DNA from: a virus
Lineage: Duplodnaviria; Caudoviricetes
Virus record (IMG/VR): IMGVR_UViG_2507262055_000001
Length of the DNA: 64,000 bases
Strand: one strand, 5' to 3'
Shown here: one piece after another, positions 17,593-27,047 of the stretch
Position numbering within the stretch: the stretch's first letter is position 1
Layout of the letters: each line of letters begins with the position of its first letter
Notes under the pieces: generated by a model
Seen by the model: only the letters and a program-made list of their open reading frames with translations
The model's database searches: none
Told to the model about the DNA's origin: nothing
Position numbers and translations under genes: made by a program

Positions 17593-17946
17593 GTGGCGTT
17601 ACGGGTGTTGGGCCACAAGCTGAGACCGCCAGCGCGCAATACGCTCATCTCGGTAAGGCCGAAGGAAGCGCTGCCGTTCTACCTGTCGCCTGAGTGGAAG
17701 GCCCTGATGAGACAGATCATCAAGGTTAGGGGCAGGCGATGCGAAGATCCGCAGCATGACATAGCCAAGCCGCGCGATGGCATTCGGCTCTACGGTGACC
17801 ACATCATCGAGCTTGCTGATCGTGGACCCAAGCTCGATCCATCCAACGTGCTGCTGCGTTGCGGTCCGTGCCACGGTCGCAAGACGGCCGAAGCCAGGGC
17901 CGCTCGCGCCCAAGGCCGAGGGGGGCCTTCAATCTCTGGCGCGTAA
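17593..17946 (+). CDS. Packaging-associated HNH endonuclease (start estimated)
   Basis: FYLSPEWK...RCE...GDHIIEL...DPSNVLLRCGPCHGRKT, directly upstream of the terminase. Confidence 0.8.
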   Translation: MALRVLGHKLRPPARNTLISVRPKEALPFYLSPEWKALMRQIIKVRGRRCEDPQHDIAKPRDGIRLYGDHIIELADRGPKLDPSNVLLRCGPCHGRKTAEARAARAQGRGGPSISGA

Positions 17947-17990
17947 GGAGCGGGAACCGCATGGTTCGTCATACGCGGAAATTTTTTCTG
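17918..17990 (+). other. Candidate cos/packaging site
   Basis: G-run, GAACC-GCAT-GGTTC dyad, then GAAATTTTTT between HNH and terS, the usual cos position in HK97-like phages. Confidence 0.4.
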
Positions 17991-18041
17991 GGCCCAGAGC
18001 GTTGATTTAATCGAAGCCCAATCAAAGAAATCAAACGGCCC

Positions 18042-18671
18042 ATGAGTTTTGGCGACGAGACGGCTCCGAAGTCCAAGCGCGGCGGCAAACGCCCTGGCGC
18101 TGGCCGGAAGCCGAAGGGTCACAAGGCGACTTCGGCGCTGCCGGCACTCGATCTCGAGGCGGCCTTGGCGGCGCCGGCGCCCGACGACATCGAGTCGACC
18201 GCGCAGGCCTATTCCCGCGGCGCGATCGCCTCGCTGGTGAAGCAGCTCTGCCACGGCAAGAGCGAGTCCTCGAAGGTGAACGCGGCGAACGCCATCCTCG
18301 ATCGAGGTTACGGCAAACCGTCAGTCGACATCGGCGGCCTCTCGCAGCTGTCGCTGTTCGGCGGCATTCGGCCGGCGGCCGTCGTCGGCGACGAGATCCG
18401 CGTCGAGGCGCGCAAGTACGCCAACCTGGCGATCGAGGTGCTGGGTTCGATCGCCACGCGCGGTGAAACCGAGAGCGCGAGGGTTTCGGCCGCGAAGTCG
18501 CTCCTCGATCGAGGAGTGGGAACGGTGCAGGTGGCCAAGGTGCCGGAAGGCTTGCAGCCAAAGGCGTTGGGTAAGAAGGAAGAGGCCGCCGTCGCCGCCC
18601 GCAATGCTGCGGCCGGGAAATATGCTCCGCCTGCTGCGCCGGGCTCACGTAGGGTTGAGACCGTTCAGTGA
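18042..18671 (+). CDS. Probable terminase small subunit
   Basis: RGGKRPGAGRKPKG N-terminus, position before terL, two LLDRG-type helical repeats. Confidence 0.6.
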   Translation: MSFGDETAPKSKRGGKRPGAGRKPKGHKATSALPALDLEAALAAPAPDDIESTAQAYSRGAIASLVKQLCHGKSESSKVNAANAILDRGYGKPSVDIGGLSQLSLFGGIRPAAVVGDEIRVEARKYANLAIEVLGSIATRGETESARVSAAKSLLDRGVGTVQVAKVPEGLQPKALGKKEEAAVAARNAAAGKYAPPAAPGSRRVETVQ

Positions 18672-20611
18672 ACATGATGCCGACGTGGTCGACCGCGTGC
18701 CTCGACTGGAAGGAACGCATCGTCAACCGGCAATCGCTGGTGACGTTCGACGCCCTCTTCCCGGATGAAGCGGAAGCAGCTCTGTCGATCTTTCGGGATC
18801 TGATCCTGGTCGACGTGCCTGGTCGACCGACGATCGGCGAATGTTGCCTGCCGTGGGTCTATGATCTCCCGCGCATCCTGTTCGGCTCATACGATGCCGA
18901 GGGGATCTCCGACCCGGCTAATCTCGGCCGCCGACTGATCCGCTATTTTCTTCTTCACGTTGCGAAGAAGAACACCAAGTCCACACTGGCCGCCGGCGTG
19001 ATGGTCACAGCACTCCTGCGCAACTGGCGCGAGAGCGGCGAGTTCTACATCCTGGCGCCGACCAAGGAAGTTGCCGACAACTCGTTTTTCCCCGCGCGCG
19101 ACATGATCCGCGCCGACGAGGAACTGCTCAAGCTTCTGCACGTCCAGGACAGCCAGCGGCTGATCACACACAGGACGACGGGCGCGTTTCTGAAGGTCGC
19201 CGCGGCCGACAGCGAAACGGTGTCCGGCAAGAAGACGATCGGGCTCCTGATCGACGAACTCTGGCTGTTCGGGCAGCGCGCCAATGCTGAATCGATGATC
19301 CGTGAGGCCGAGGGCGGTCTCAACTCGCGACCCGAGGGCTTCGTGATCTATCTGACGACGCAATCGCCGAAGCCGCCCGCCGGCATCTTCGATCAGAAGC
19401 TGAAGGACTTCCGCGACATCCGCGACGGCAAACTGGTCGATCCGCAGAGCCTGCCGATCATCTACGAGTTCCCCGAGGAGATGATCAAGTCGAAGGCTTA
19501 CGAGAAGCCTGAGAACTGGTTCATCCCGAATCCCAACTGGGGCAAGTCGGTCGACCCGAACTTTCTGATCGGCAAGCGCGCCGAGGCTGCCCGCAGCGGC
19601 AAGGCCTCGCTGATCGACTGGGACGCGAAGTTTCTCAACGTCCAGGCCGGCATGTCGCAGCGTGCCGATGGCTGGGCTGGCGCCGAGCTCTGGGATCGCG
19701 GCATCGACCGATCGCTCACATTGGACACGGTCCTCGAGCGGAGCGAGGTCGTGACGATGGGCCTCGACGGCGGCGGCCTCGACGATCTGCTTGGCGCCGG
19801 CGTGGTCGGACGCGAGAAGGTAACGAAGCGCTGGCTCGGTTGGGCTTGCGCCCTGATTTCGACGATCGGTCTTTATCGCCGGAAGGCAAACCTGACGGAG
19901 TACAAGAAGTTCATCGCATCCGGTGATCTGATCGTGTTCCGCTTTCATAGCAAAGATGCCGAGGAAGCCGAGAGCGATCCGGACGTGGCCGCGCTGCTGG
20001 CCGAATTTCCGCCGGCCATCAGCATCGAGGGCGAACTTCCATTCGACATCAAGTTCGTTGTCGACCTGGTGGCGAAGATCCGGGACGTCGGCTTGCTTGC
20101 CCAGGTCGGCGTCGACGCCGCCGGCATCGGCGCCATCGTCGACGCGCTCGCCGGGATCGACATCACGCAGGACGCCGAGACGCTCGACGCCGTGCGGCAG
20201 GGCATCGGCCTGATGGGTGCCTACAAGACTGTCGAGCGCAAGCTTGGCGATCGGACATTCCTTCACTGTGGGTCCGAGCTTCTCAACTGGTGTGTCGGCA
20301 ATGCACGCGTGGTGCTGACGACGACCGCGTCGCGGATTGCGCGTGAAGAAGCCGGCTTTGGAAAGATCGACCCGTTGATCGCGCTGTTCAATGCGGCCCA
20401 CTTGATGACGCTCAACCCCGAAGCGAGCGGGCTGTCCGTTTTCGACACCATGGGCGACGGCGAAGACCCGCAATCGGATGCCGAGTCCGCGCAAGACGTT
20501 GCCGAAGAGGCGGCGATCCTCCGCGATCCGCAGCATCCTCGCTTCGAAGAGATGCGCGAGCGTTTCAACGCGCGCCTGGCCGCCAACGATCAGGACGATC
20601 TGTATGCGTAA
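18668..20611 (+). CDS. terL: Terminase large subunit
   Basis: Walker A variant AKKNTKST, YILAPTKE, LLIDELW (Walker B), GLDGGGLDD nuclease motif, KIDPLIA. Confidence 0.92.
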   Translation: MNMMPTWSTACLDWKERIVNRQSLVTFDALFPDEAEAALSIFRDLILVDVPGRPTIGECCLPWVYDLPRILFGSYDAEGISDPANLGRRLIRYFLLHVAKKNTKSTLAAGVMVTALLRNWRESGEFYILAPTKEVADNSFFPARDMIRADEELLKLLHVQDSQRLITHRTTGAFLKVAAADSETVSGKKTIGLLIDELWLFGQRANAESMIREAEGGLNSRPEGFVIYLTTQSPKPPAGIFDQKLKDFRDIRDGKLVDPQSLPIIYEFPEEMIKSKAYEKPENWFIPNPNWGKSVDPNFLIGKRAEAARSGKASLIDWDAKFLNVQAGMSQRADGWAGAELWDRGIDRSLTLDTVLERSEVVTMGLDGGGLDDLLGAGVVGREKVTKRWLGWACALISTIGLYRRKANLTEYKKFIASGDLIVFRFHSKDAEEAESDPDVAALLAEFPPAISIEGELPFDIKFVVDLVAKIRDVGLLAQVGVDAAGIGAIVDALAGIDITQDAETLDAVRQGIGLMGAYKTVERKLGDRTFLHCGSELLNWCVGNARVVLTTTASRIAREEAGFGKIDPLIALFNAAHLMTLNPEASGLSVFDTMGDGEDPQSDAESAQDVAEEAAILRDPQHPRFEEMRERFNARLAANDQDDLYA

Positions 20612-20807
20612 GGCACTTGCAGCGGTGGGCGTCTGGGTCCGCGCGAACATCGACGCGCGTGATGTCATGCTGGCGTCCGGCCTGACGCTCCTGGCCTTGG
20701 GCCTCTGGCAGGTCTGGCCGCCGGCGGCACTGATCGTGCCAGGCGTAATCATCTCGGCGGTGGCGATCTTCGCCGGCCGCATCAACGGCAGCGCAGGGGA
20801 GGGCTGA
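20604..20807 (+). CDS. Small membrane protein between terL and portal
   Basis: DVMLASGLTLLALGLWQVWPPAALIVPGVIISAVAIF. Confidence 0.6.
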   Translation: MRKALAAVGVWVRANIDARDVMLASGLTLLALGLWQVWPPAALIVPGVIISAVAIFAGRINGSAGEG

Positions 20808-20808
20808 C

Positions 20809-22194
20809 ATGGGAATCCTCGCGCGCGTGACGTCCGACCAGCGCTATCCTGGTGCTGCTCGCGTCTCGAATCCCATCCGCACGCTTGCTGGCGTCGCGAT
20901 CACGCCGGACACCGCAATCACCAGCGCGACCGTTTGGGCATGCATCCGCTATCTGTCGCAGACGGTGGCTGTGCCGCCGTGGCACGTAAAGAAGGATGGG
21001 AAGAACGGCCCGGAGATCCAGTCCTCGCACGGCGTCGACTACCTGTTGTGGAAGCGGCCGAGCAGAGAGTGGTCTTCGTTCCAGTTCAGAGAGACGCTGA
21101 CGCATTGGGCACTCCGCTGGGGAAACGGTTATGGGGAAATCGAGCCTGATCAGCTTGGGCGTCCGTTTGCGATGTGGCCCATCCATCCCGAGCGGGTCAC
21201 GGTCTACCGGGCAATCGAACCTGCCGAAGATGCATATGGCACGGTTATTGAGACCGGGGATCTGTACTACGAGGTCGACACCCGCGGCGAGACGCAGGGT
21301 CCGCGGACGATCCTCGCCGCTGCCAACATGTTCCATATCCGCGGCTTTGGCGAAGGCCCCGTCGGCGTCAACGTAATTTCCTATGCGGCGCAGTCGCTCG
21401 GTTGGGCCCGGGCGGCGCAGTTGTTCGGCGCATCCTTCTTCGGCAACGGCATGAATCCCGCCGGCGTGGTCGTCAACAAGAAGCCATTGAAGCCGGATGG
21501 ATTGAAGCGCCAGAAAGCGGAATTCGAGCAGCTCTACAAGGGCCCGAACAATGCCAACCGCACGGCATTCCTCGATAACGATGCCGACTGGAAAGCGATC
21601 GGCTTCAACGCGCGTGATGCGCAGCTGATCGACGTTCACCAGTTCCTGATCGAAGAACAATGTCGATGGTTCGGTGTGCCGCCGCACAAGGTCATGCACC
21701 TGTTGCGCGCGACCTTCACCAACATCGAGAGCCAGGGCATCGAAGTCGTGGTCGATTCCATCTCCCCTTGGGTGAAGCGCTTCGAGGATGAGGCCGAATA
21801 CAAATTGTTCGGCCAGAACCGCCAGAGGCTTTACACCAAGATCGACATGCGGGGCCTGATGCGGGGCGACATGGCGGCGCGCGTAGCCTACTACCAGGCC
21901 ATGGTCGGCATCGGGGCCTATTCGCCGAACCGCGTGCTCGAGCTCGAGGACGAGAACACGATCGGGGCGGATGGCGATATCCACGTGATGCAGTCGCAGA
22001 ACGTGACGCTGGAGCGCATCGCCGATGGCACTGCGACGGCCGCGGCCGCACCTGGTTCAACGCCAGCTGAGCCGGCCGAGCCAGATGATCCGGCGACGCC
22101 GCCAGAAGTCGGCGAGGATGAAGAAACGCAGGCGCGGATGGCCCGGAGGCTTTACGCGATCGAGCAGCTGATGGGCGAGCCCACGCATGTCTAA
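20809..22194 (+). CDS. Portal protein (HK97 family)
   Basis: VWACIRYLSQTVA; WGNGYGEI; FFGNGMNPAGV; RWFGVPPHKV; FTNIESQ. Confidence 0.93.
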   Translation: MGILARVTSDQRYPGAARVSNPIRTLAGVAITPDTAITSATVWACIRYLSQTVAVPPWHVKKDGKNGPEIQSSHGVDYLLWKRPSREWSSFQFRETLTHWALRWGNGYGEIEPDQLGRPFAMWPIHPERVTVYRAIEPAEDAYGTVIETGDLYYEVDTRGETQGPRTILAAANMFHIRGFGEGPVGVNVISYAAQSLGWARAAQLFGASFFGNGMNPAGVVVNKKPLKPDGLKRQKAEFEQLYKGPNNANRTAFLDNDADWKAIGFNARDAQLIDVHQFLIEEQCRWFGVPPHKVMHLLRATFTNIESQGIEVVVDSISPWVKRFEDEAEYKLFGQNRQRLYTKIDMRGLMRGDMAARVAYYQAMVGIGAYSPNRVLELEDENTIGADGDIHVMQSQNVTLERIADGTATAAAAPGSTPAEPAEPDDPATPPEVGEDEETQARMARRLYAIEQLMGEPTHV

Positions 22195-23254
22195 GGTCCC
22201 CGTCATGCTCGCGCGCGGCGAAACGCCGCCGCTCGAGAAGCCGGTCTCGCTGCTTGAGCGCACTATCGCTCTGGTGGAGCGGCTCGTCGGCCGCGTCAGT
22301 GCGCTCGAGCAGAAGCCGCTCGGCCGCGATGGTCGCGATGGTATCCAGGGCGAACGCGGCGCCGCGGGCGAAGCAGGACCGCGCGGCGAGGCCGGGCCGA
22401 TCGGCGAGCGTGGTGAGCAAGGCCCGCGCGGCGAGGCCGGTCCAGCCGGTGAACAGGGGCTGGCCGGCGACCGCGGCGAAGCCGGTCCGCAAGGTGATCA
22501 CGGTCCCGCTGGCGAGCCCGGCGAAGCTGGTCCGCAGGGCGCGCGCGGCGAGCCAGGTGAGCGTGGTGAGACCGGACCGCAGGGTGATCAGGGCCCGGCC
22601 GGTGAACGCGGCGAAGCCGGCCGGCAGGGTGAGCGCGGCGAGGCAGGCGAGCGTGGTGAGGCCGGACCGCAGGGCGACGCCGGACCAGCCGGTGAGCGCG
22701 GCGAAGTCGGTCCGCAAGGCGAAGCTGGCCCGCGTGGCGAGCGTGGCGACATCGGTCCTCGGGGCGAGATCGGCCCTGTCGGCGAACGAGGTACGGCCGG
22801 AGAAGCTGGCCCGACCGGCGAGCAGGGTCCCGAAGGCCAAATCGGCCGCGACGGTCGCGACGGTTTGCCGGGCATCCAGGGCGAGCGAGGCCCCCATGGC
22901 GAGGCCGGCGCGATCGGCCCGCAAGGTGAAGCCGGTCCGCGCGGTGAAACCGGCGAGCCTGGTCCGCGTGGTGAAGGCGGTCCGATGGGCCCGCAAGGCG
23001 ATCAAGGACTCCCGGGCCCGCGCGGCGAGCGCGGCGAGGCCGGTCCCCGCGGTGAACAGGGATTGCAGGGCCCGATCGGCAAGCAAGGCCCGCGCGGCGA
23101 GGCTGGTCCGATCGGCCAGCGGGGCGAGCCTGGTGCGAACATCGAGATCGGCGACGTCTTCCGTGCCGGCATCACGTCGAAGGACCTGGATCGCCTTATG
23201 GTCCGCGAGATCACCGTCAATGGCGAGACCTTTCAGGTCCTCGTTCCGAATTGA
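22187..23254 (+). CDS. Collagen-like protein (about 91 uninterrupted Gly-X-Y triplets)
   Basis: Continuous GXY from GRDGRDGIQ to GEPGAN; N-terminal coiled-coil-like segment; short C-terminal beta domain. Confidence 0.9.
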   Translation: MSKVPVMLARGETPPLEKPVSLLERTIALVERLVGRVSALEQKPLGRDGRDGIQGERGAAGEAGPRGEAGPIGERGEQGPRGEAGPAGEQGLAGDRGEAGPQGDHGPAGEPGEAGPQGARGEPGERGETGPQGDQGPAGERGEAGRQGERGEAGERGEAGPQGDAGPAGERGEVGPQGEAGPRGERGDIGPRGEIGPVGERGTAGEAGPTGEQGPEGQIGRDGRDGLPGIQGERGPHGEAGAIGPQGEAGPRGETGEPGPRGEGGPMGPQGDQGLPGPRGERGEAGPRGEQGLQGPIGKQGPRGEAGPIGQRGEPGANIEIGDVFRAGITSKDLDRLMVREITVNGETFQVLVPN

Positions 23255-23262
23255 GGTCTGAT

Positions 23263-24000
23263 ATGAGCAAGCGCTTTCCGATCTTCAACGCCGTCGTGCC
23301 GATCAAGGCCAAGCCAACCGCCGGCGCCAAGCCGAGCGGCTATCGCGTTGTCGCCAACAAGGCGACCAATAGCGCCGAGATCTACGTCTACGGCGTGATC
23401 GGCGGCGACTGGTTCGGAGAGGGCGTGACCGCCAAGCAGTTTGCCGACGATCTCAAGGCGCTCGGCAACGTCAAGACCATCGACCTTCGGATCAACTCCG
23501 AAGGCGGTTCAGTGTTCGACGGCAAGGCGATGTACTCGCTCCTCAACGAGCACAAGGCCAAGAAGATCGTGCACATTGACGGGCTGGCGGCGAGCGCTGC
23601 CTCGTTCCTGGCGATGGCCGGCGACGAGATCGAGATTGCCGAAGGCGCCTTCGTGATGATCCACAACGCCTACACCATTGCGATGGGCGATGCGCGCGAG
23701 CTGCGACGCTCGGCCGAGATGCTCGACACCGTCAACAACACCATCATCGACGTCTATGCGGCGCGCACCAAGGGCGATCGCAAGAAGATCACGCAAATGA
23801 TGAACGACGAGACCTGGATGACCGGTGCGGAAGCCGTCGAGAACGGCTTTGCCGATCGCATGGTCGAGAATCTGAAGATCGCCGCCTGCGTCAGCAACGC
23901 AAAGGCGCTCGAGACCTTCAAGAAGGTCCCAGCATCGCTGAAGCCGAACAACCGCCGCGCCGCTGCCGCCTTTGCGCGCATCGCGGCGCTGAAGACCTGA
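23263..24000 (+). CDS. ClpP-like (S14) head maturation protease
   Basis: LRINSEGGSV, DGLAASAASF (catalytic Ser), MIHNA (His), ETWMTGAEAVENGFAD. Confidence 0.9.
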   Translation: MSKRFPIFNAVVPIKAKPTAGAKPSGYRVVANKATNSAEIYVYGVIGGDWFGEGVTAKQFADDLKALGNVKTIDLRINSEGGSVFDGKAMYSLLNEHKAKKIVHIDGLAASAASFLAMAGDEIEIAEGAFVMIHNAYTIAMGDARELRRSAEMLDTVNNTIIDVYAARTKGDRKKITQMMNDETWMTGAEAVENGFADRMVENLKIAACVSNAKALETFKKVPASLKPNNRRAAAAFARIAALKT

Positions 24001-24026
24001 TCACGAGATTCCGTCTGCAGACGGAT

Positions 24027-24050
24027 ACGCGCCGCAGTGATGCGCCGCGT
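24027..24050 (+). promoter_or_regulatory. GUGA-tetraloop hairpin with C.C mismatch in the capsid gene leader (copy 1)
   Basis: ACGCG-C-CGCA-GTGA-TGCG-C-CGCGT; its 16-nt core is repeated at 41503-41518. Confidence 0.5.
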
Positions 24051-24128
24051 CAATCGCGACCGATGTGAGATCGGCCGCATCATAGGTCCCGTCGTGAGAC
24101 GAGACAGCCCATAGAAGGACAGAATTCT

Positions 24129-25598
24129 ATGACCATGAAGAGCGCCCTTCTGGGCGAAACGAGAATGCTCGCTTTGCTGTCGACCTCGCGCCTGGCCGCA
24201 CTTGCGGCGGTCGGTGCGATGTCGATCGGCATGATCCGGATGGACACCGCCGGCAACACGCTTCCCGAGCTCGAGGCGCGCGCCGTCGAGATCAACGCGG
24301 CGCTCGATGCCTTCCGCGTTCGCGCTGAGGCCGGCGAGGATCTCACCGACGAAGAGACCGACGAGATTGAGGCCACCGCCGGTGAGCTCGAGAAGCTCAA
24401 CAAGAAGATCAAGGCGATGAAGCTGCTGCAGCCCACGGGTCAGGGCCGCCGCAGCTCGCCGGAGGCGCGGACCGAACCTGCCGCCGGCGGCCGCCGCACC
24501 GTGCCGGCCGAGCCGCGGCAGGATGCCCAGCGCATGGGCTTCCGCTCGTTCGGCGAGTTCGCGCAGACGGTGCAGAACCATTACCGCGGTAACGTGAATG
24601 ATCAAGTCACGCGCCTCCGCAACGCCGCGACAACCTTCGGCAATGAAGGTGTCGGCGCCGATGGCGGCTTCCTGATCCCCCCGTCGTTCTCCGCCAACAT
24701 CTGGCAGAAGGTCAACGGCATCGAGAGCCTGCTGTCGCGTTGCACGCCGCTGACCACTGACGGGAACAGCCTCACGATTCCGAAGGACGAGGTCACGCCT
24801 TGGGACACCACCAAGGGTGTGCAGGTCTACTGGGAGGGTGAGGGCCAGCAGATCCCGCAGTCCAAGGGCCTTTACGAAATGGGCCAGCTGCGTCTCTCCA
24901 AGCTGTCGGCCCTGGTGCCGATCAGCGAAGAGATGATGCAGGACGCTTCGGGCCTCGAGTCCTGGCTGAATGCCAAGGCGCCGCAGAAGATGACCTCGAA
25001 GATCAACACCGCGATCGTCGCCGGCACCGGCGCCGGTCAGCCGCTCGGCATGATCCCGGGCTATGGTGCGGTCGGTGCGTCCGTCATCCAGGTCTCGAAG
25101 GAAACCTCGCAGCCCGCTGCTACCGTCTGGTTCGCCAACATCAACAAGATGTGGGGCCGGATGTACGCCGGGTGGCGCAGCAACGCGATCTGGCTGGTCA
25201 ACCAGGACGTCGAGCCGCAGCTCGAAGGCATGGCGTTTGTCGGCAACGGCATCACGCCGACGGCGGCGTCGTCGACGCCGGTCTATCTGCCGCCCGGTGG
25301 CCTCAACGACGCGCCGTATGCGCGCCTCAAGGGCCGTCCGGTCGTGCCGATCGAGGCGTGCTCCGCACTCGGCAATCTGGGCGACATCATCCTCTGCGAT
25401 CTGAGCCAGTACTGGGCCCTGACCAAGGCGGGTGGTGCGATCCAGACCGACACCAGCATCCATCTCTACTTCGACCAGGCGCTGACGGCGTTCCGCTTCA
25501 TCTTCCGGGTGAACGGTCAGCCCGCCTGGTCGGCGCCGATCACGCGCCAGAACGGCAGCAACACGCTGTCCTGGGCCGTCACGCTGCAGGCGCGCTGA
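24129..25598 (+). CDS. Major capsid protein (HK97 fold) with N-terminal delta/scaffold-like region
   Basis: GGFLIPPSF, YWEGEG, KLSALVPISEEMMQD, LKGRPVV, GDIILCDLSQY. Confidence 0.92.
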   Translation: MTMKSALLGETRMLALLSTSRLAALAAVGAMSIGMIRMDTAGNTLPELEARAVEINAALDAFRVRAEAGEDLTDEETDEIEATAGELEKLNKKIKAMKLLQPTGQGRRSSPEARTEPAAGGRRTVPAEPRQDAQRMGFRSFGEFAQTVQNHYRGNVNDQVTRLRNAATTFGNEGVGADGGFLIPPSFSANIWQKVNGIESLLSRCTPLTTDGNSLTIPKDEVTPWDTTKGVQVYWEGEGQQIPQSKGLYEMGQLRLSKLSALVPISEEMMQDASGLESWLNAKAPQKMTSKINTAIVAGTGAGQPLGMIPGYGAVGASVIQVSKETSQPAATVWFANINKMWGRMYAGWRSNAIWLVNQDVEPQLEGMAFVGNGITPTAASSTPVYLPPGGLNDAPYARLKGRPVVPIEACSALGNLGDIILCDLSQYWALTKAGGAIQTDTSIHLYFDQALTAFRFIFRVNGQPAWSAPITRQNGSNTLSWAVTLQAR

Positions 25599-25607
25599 TC
25601 CGACTGA

Positions 25608-25631
25608 GCCTGCGCCTTACCCGGCGCAGGC
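25608..25631 (+). promoter_or_regulatory. Strong hairpin immediately 3' of the capsid gene (mRNA stabiliser or attenuator, no U-tract)
   Basis: GCCTGCGCC-TTACCC-GGCGCAGGC. Confidence 0.45.
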
Positions 25632-25686
25632 CTCCCCGCAATCCTCGCGCCCCGCGCGGCGCCATTTCTCGAAGGGACCACCCCAA

Positions 25687-26229
25687 ATGGACTTCAACCA
25701 GCACTTCTGTGAAAAGAACCAGATCGCGCAGGGCTTGCTGCCGGTTCTGATGAACACCGCGGCCAACAACGGCGACTGGGTCAGCATGAAGGGCTACGGC
25801 CGCATGGCGATCCTGGTCTTCAAGGCCGTCGGCACCGCCGGCGACGATCCCACCATCACCATCAAGCAGGCGACCGACGTATCCGGTACCGGCGCGAAGG
25901 CGCTCGGCTTCACCGAGGTCCGCAAGAAGCAGGCCACGCCGAATCTGCTGGCGGTCGACCAGTTCACCAAGTCCACCGTCGCGTCTCCCGCGACCAACGA
26001 CACCTTCAACACGACGAACGGCACCTGGACGAATACGGATCTCGCCGAGCAGGCCGCGATCATCGTCATCGACATCAAGGCCGAGGATCTCGACGTCAAC
26101 GGCGGCTTTGACTGCATCCAGGTCTCGATCGCCGACATTGGCACCAACGCCCAGCTCGGCTCCGCGCTCTACTTCGGGCACGAGCCGCGCTACCCGAAGG
26201 ATGCACTCGACTCCATGATCGTCGACTGA
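25687..26229 (+). CDS. Putative capsid decoration/cement protein
   Basis: Beta-rich 180 aa, directly after the capsid gene, strong RBS. Confidence 0.45.
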   Translation: MDFNQHFCEKNQIAQGLLPVLMNTAANNGDWVSMKGYGRMAILVFKAVGTAGDDPTITIKQATDVSGTGAKALGFTEVRKKQATPNLLAVDQFTKSTVASPATNDTFNTTNGTWTNTDLAEQAAIIVIDIKAEDLDVNGGFDCIQVSIADIGTNAQLGSALYFGHEPRYPKDALDSMIVD

Positions 26230-26258
26230 TCGGTCTCCCTTGATCGACAAGTAGCTGG

Positions 26259-26286
26259 AAAGCCCCGCCATCGCGCGGGGCTTTTT
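26259..26286 (+). terminator. Intrinsic terminator inside the late operon
   Basis: AAAGCCCCGC-CATCGC-GCGGGGCTTTTT. Confidence 0.8.
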
Positions 26287-26328
26287 CGCGTCTAGGGTAT
26301 AGGGCAGTTTTCAAAACCGGAGCCGATC

Positions 26329-26709
26329 ATGAAGATCCAGTTCGTTCAGCAGCACATCCTCCGCGGCGAAACGCGCGACAAGGACGTTGTCTTTGAGAAA
26401 GACCAGGTGGTCGATTTCGGCAAGGACCGCGTCGAAAACAGCTACGCGCAGGCGTACATCGATCGCGGCTATGCCGTCGAGTTCGACGAAGCTGGCGATC
26501 GCGTGCGCGAGAAGGGCAAGGCCGATACCACCAGGGCCGCAGCGAGGCTCGAAGCCCGCGGCAAGATCGTAATTCCGGACGATCTGTCGACGTTGGCCGA
26601 TGCTGATCTGATCAATCTCGGCCGATCGGTCAGCGACGACCAGGTCAAGACCAAGGATGATGCGCTGAAGGCGATCGAGACCGAGAAGGCTCGCCGCAAC
26701 CCTACGTGA
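26329..26709 (+). CDS. Hypothetical protein (C-terminal small helical HeH/LEM-like segment)
   Basis: GGAG RBS; LSTLADADLINLG...KTKDDALKAI. Confidence 0.6.
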   Translation: MKIQFVQQHILRGETRDKDVVFEKDQVVDFGKDRVENSYAQAYIDRGYAVEFDEAGDRVREKGKADTTRAAARLEARGKIVIPDDLSTLADADLINLGRSVSDDQVKTKDDALKAIETEKARRNPT

Positions 26710-27044
26710 CGCCGGAAGGCGATCGGCTCGATCGCCACCTCCGGACCTCCATCACCGAGCTCTCCAAACCGAGCGAGCAAGCAACCATGCGCGGCATTCA
26801 GCGGCTGGCCAACGCGGCAGGCAATCTGATGAAGCAAGCGGACGCCGAGGCTGATGCCGCGGCGTCCGAGCTCGAGGCCGCCTATGCCGAGCAGGCCAGC
26901 GTCGCGAAGCGCTATTCGGCCTTCGCCAAGCAGGTCTCGCAGGCTTCGAAAGAGGCGCTCGATAATCTGAACCAGATCAGCAACGTCCCTTTGCCGGATG
27001 GGGACGGCTCCGAGAAGCCGCCCGGTTCGACGCCGGGCTCCTGA
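26706..27044 (+). CDS. Helical hypothetical protein
   Basis: GTG start coupled to the upstream stop. Confidence 0.55.
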   Translation: MTPEGDRLDRHLRTSITELSKPSEQATMRGIQRLANAAGNLMKQADAEADAAASELEAAYAEQASVAKRYSAFAKQVSQASKEALDNLNQISNVPLPDGDGSEKPPGSTPGS

Positions 27045-27047
27045 TCC

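Noticed and set aside
18955-18990. TerL Walker A AKKNTKST lacking the usual Gly as a sign of inactivation
   Set aside because: K-K-N-T/S-K-S-T variants are known in functional terminase subfamilies and the other motifs are intact
22320-23140. Highly repetitive DNA that could be mistaken for a CRISPR array or satellite
   Set aside because: The periodicity is 9 nt and degenerate, explained entirely by Gly-X-Y codons; there is no repeat-spacer structure and no cas genes
24010-24025. Perfect 16-bp palindrome TCCGTCTGCAGACGGA after the protease gene
   Set aside because: Single copy with no second site found; it may be just an RNA hairpin, and is insufficient to call an operator
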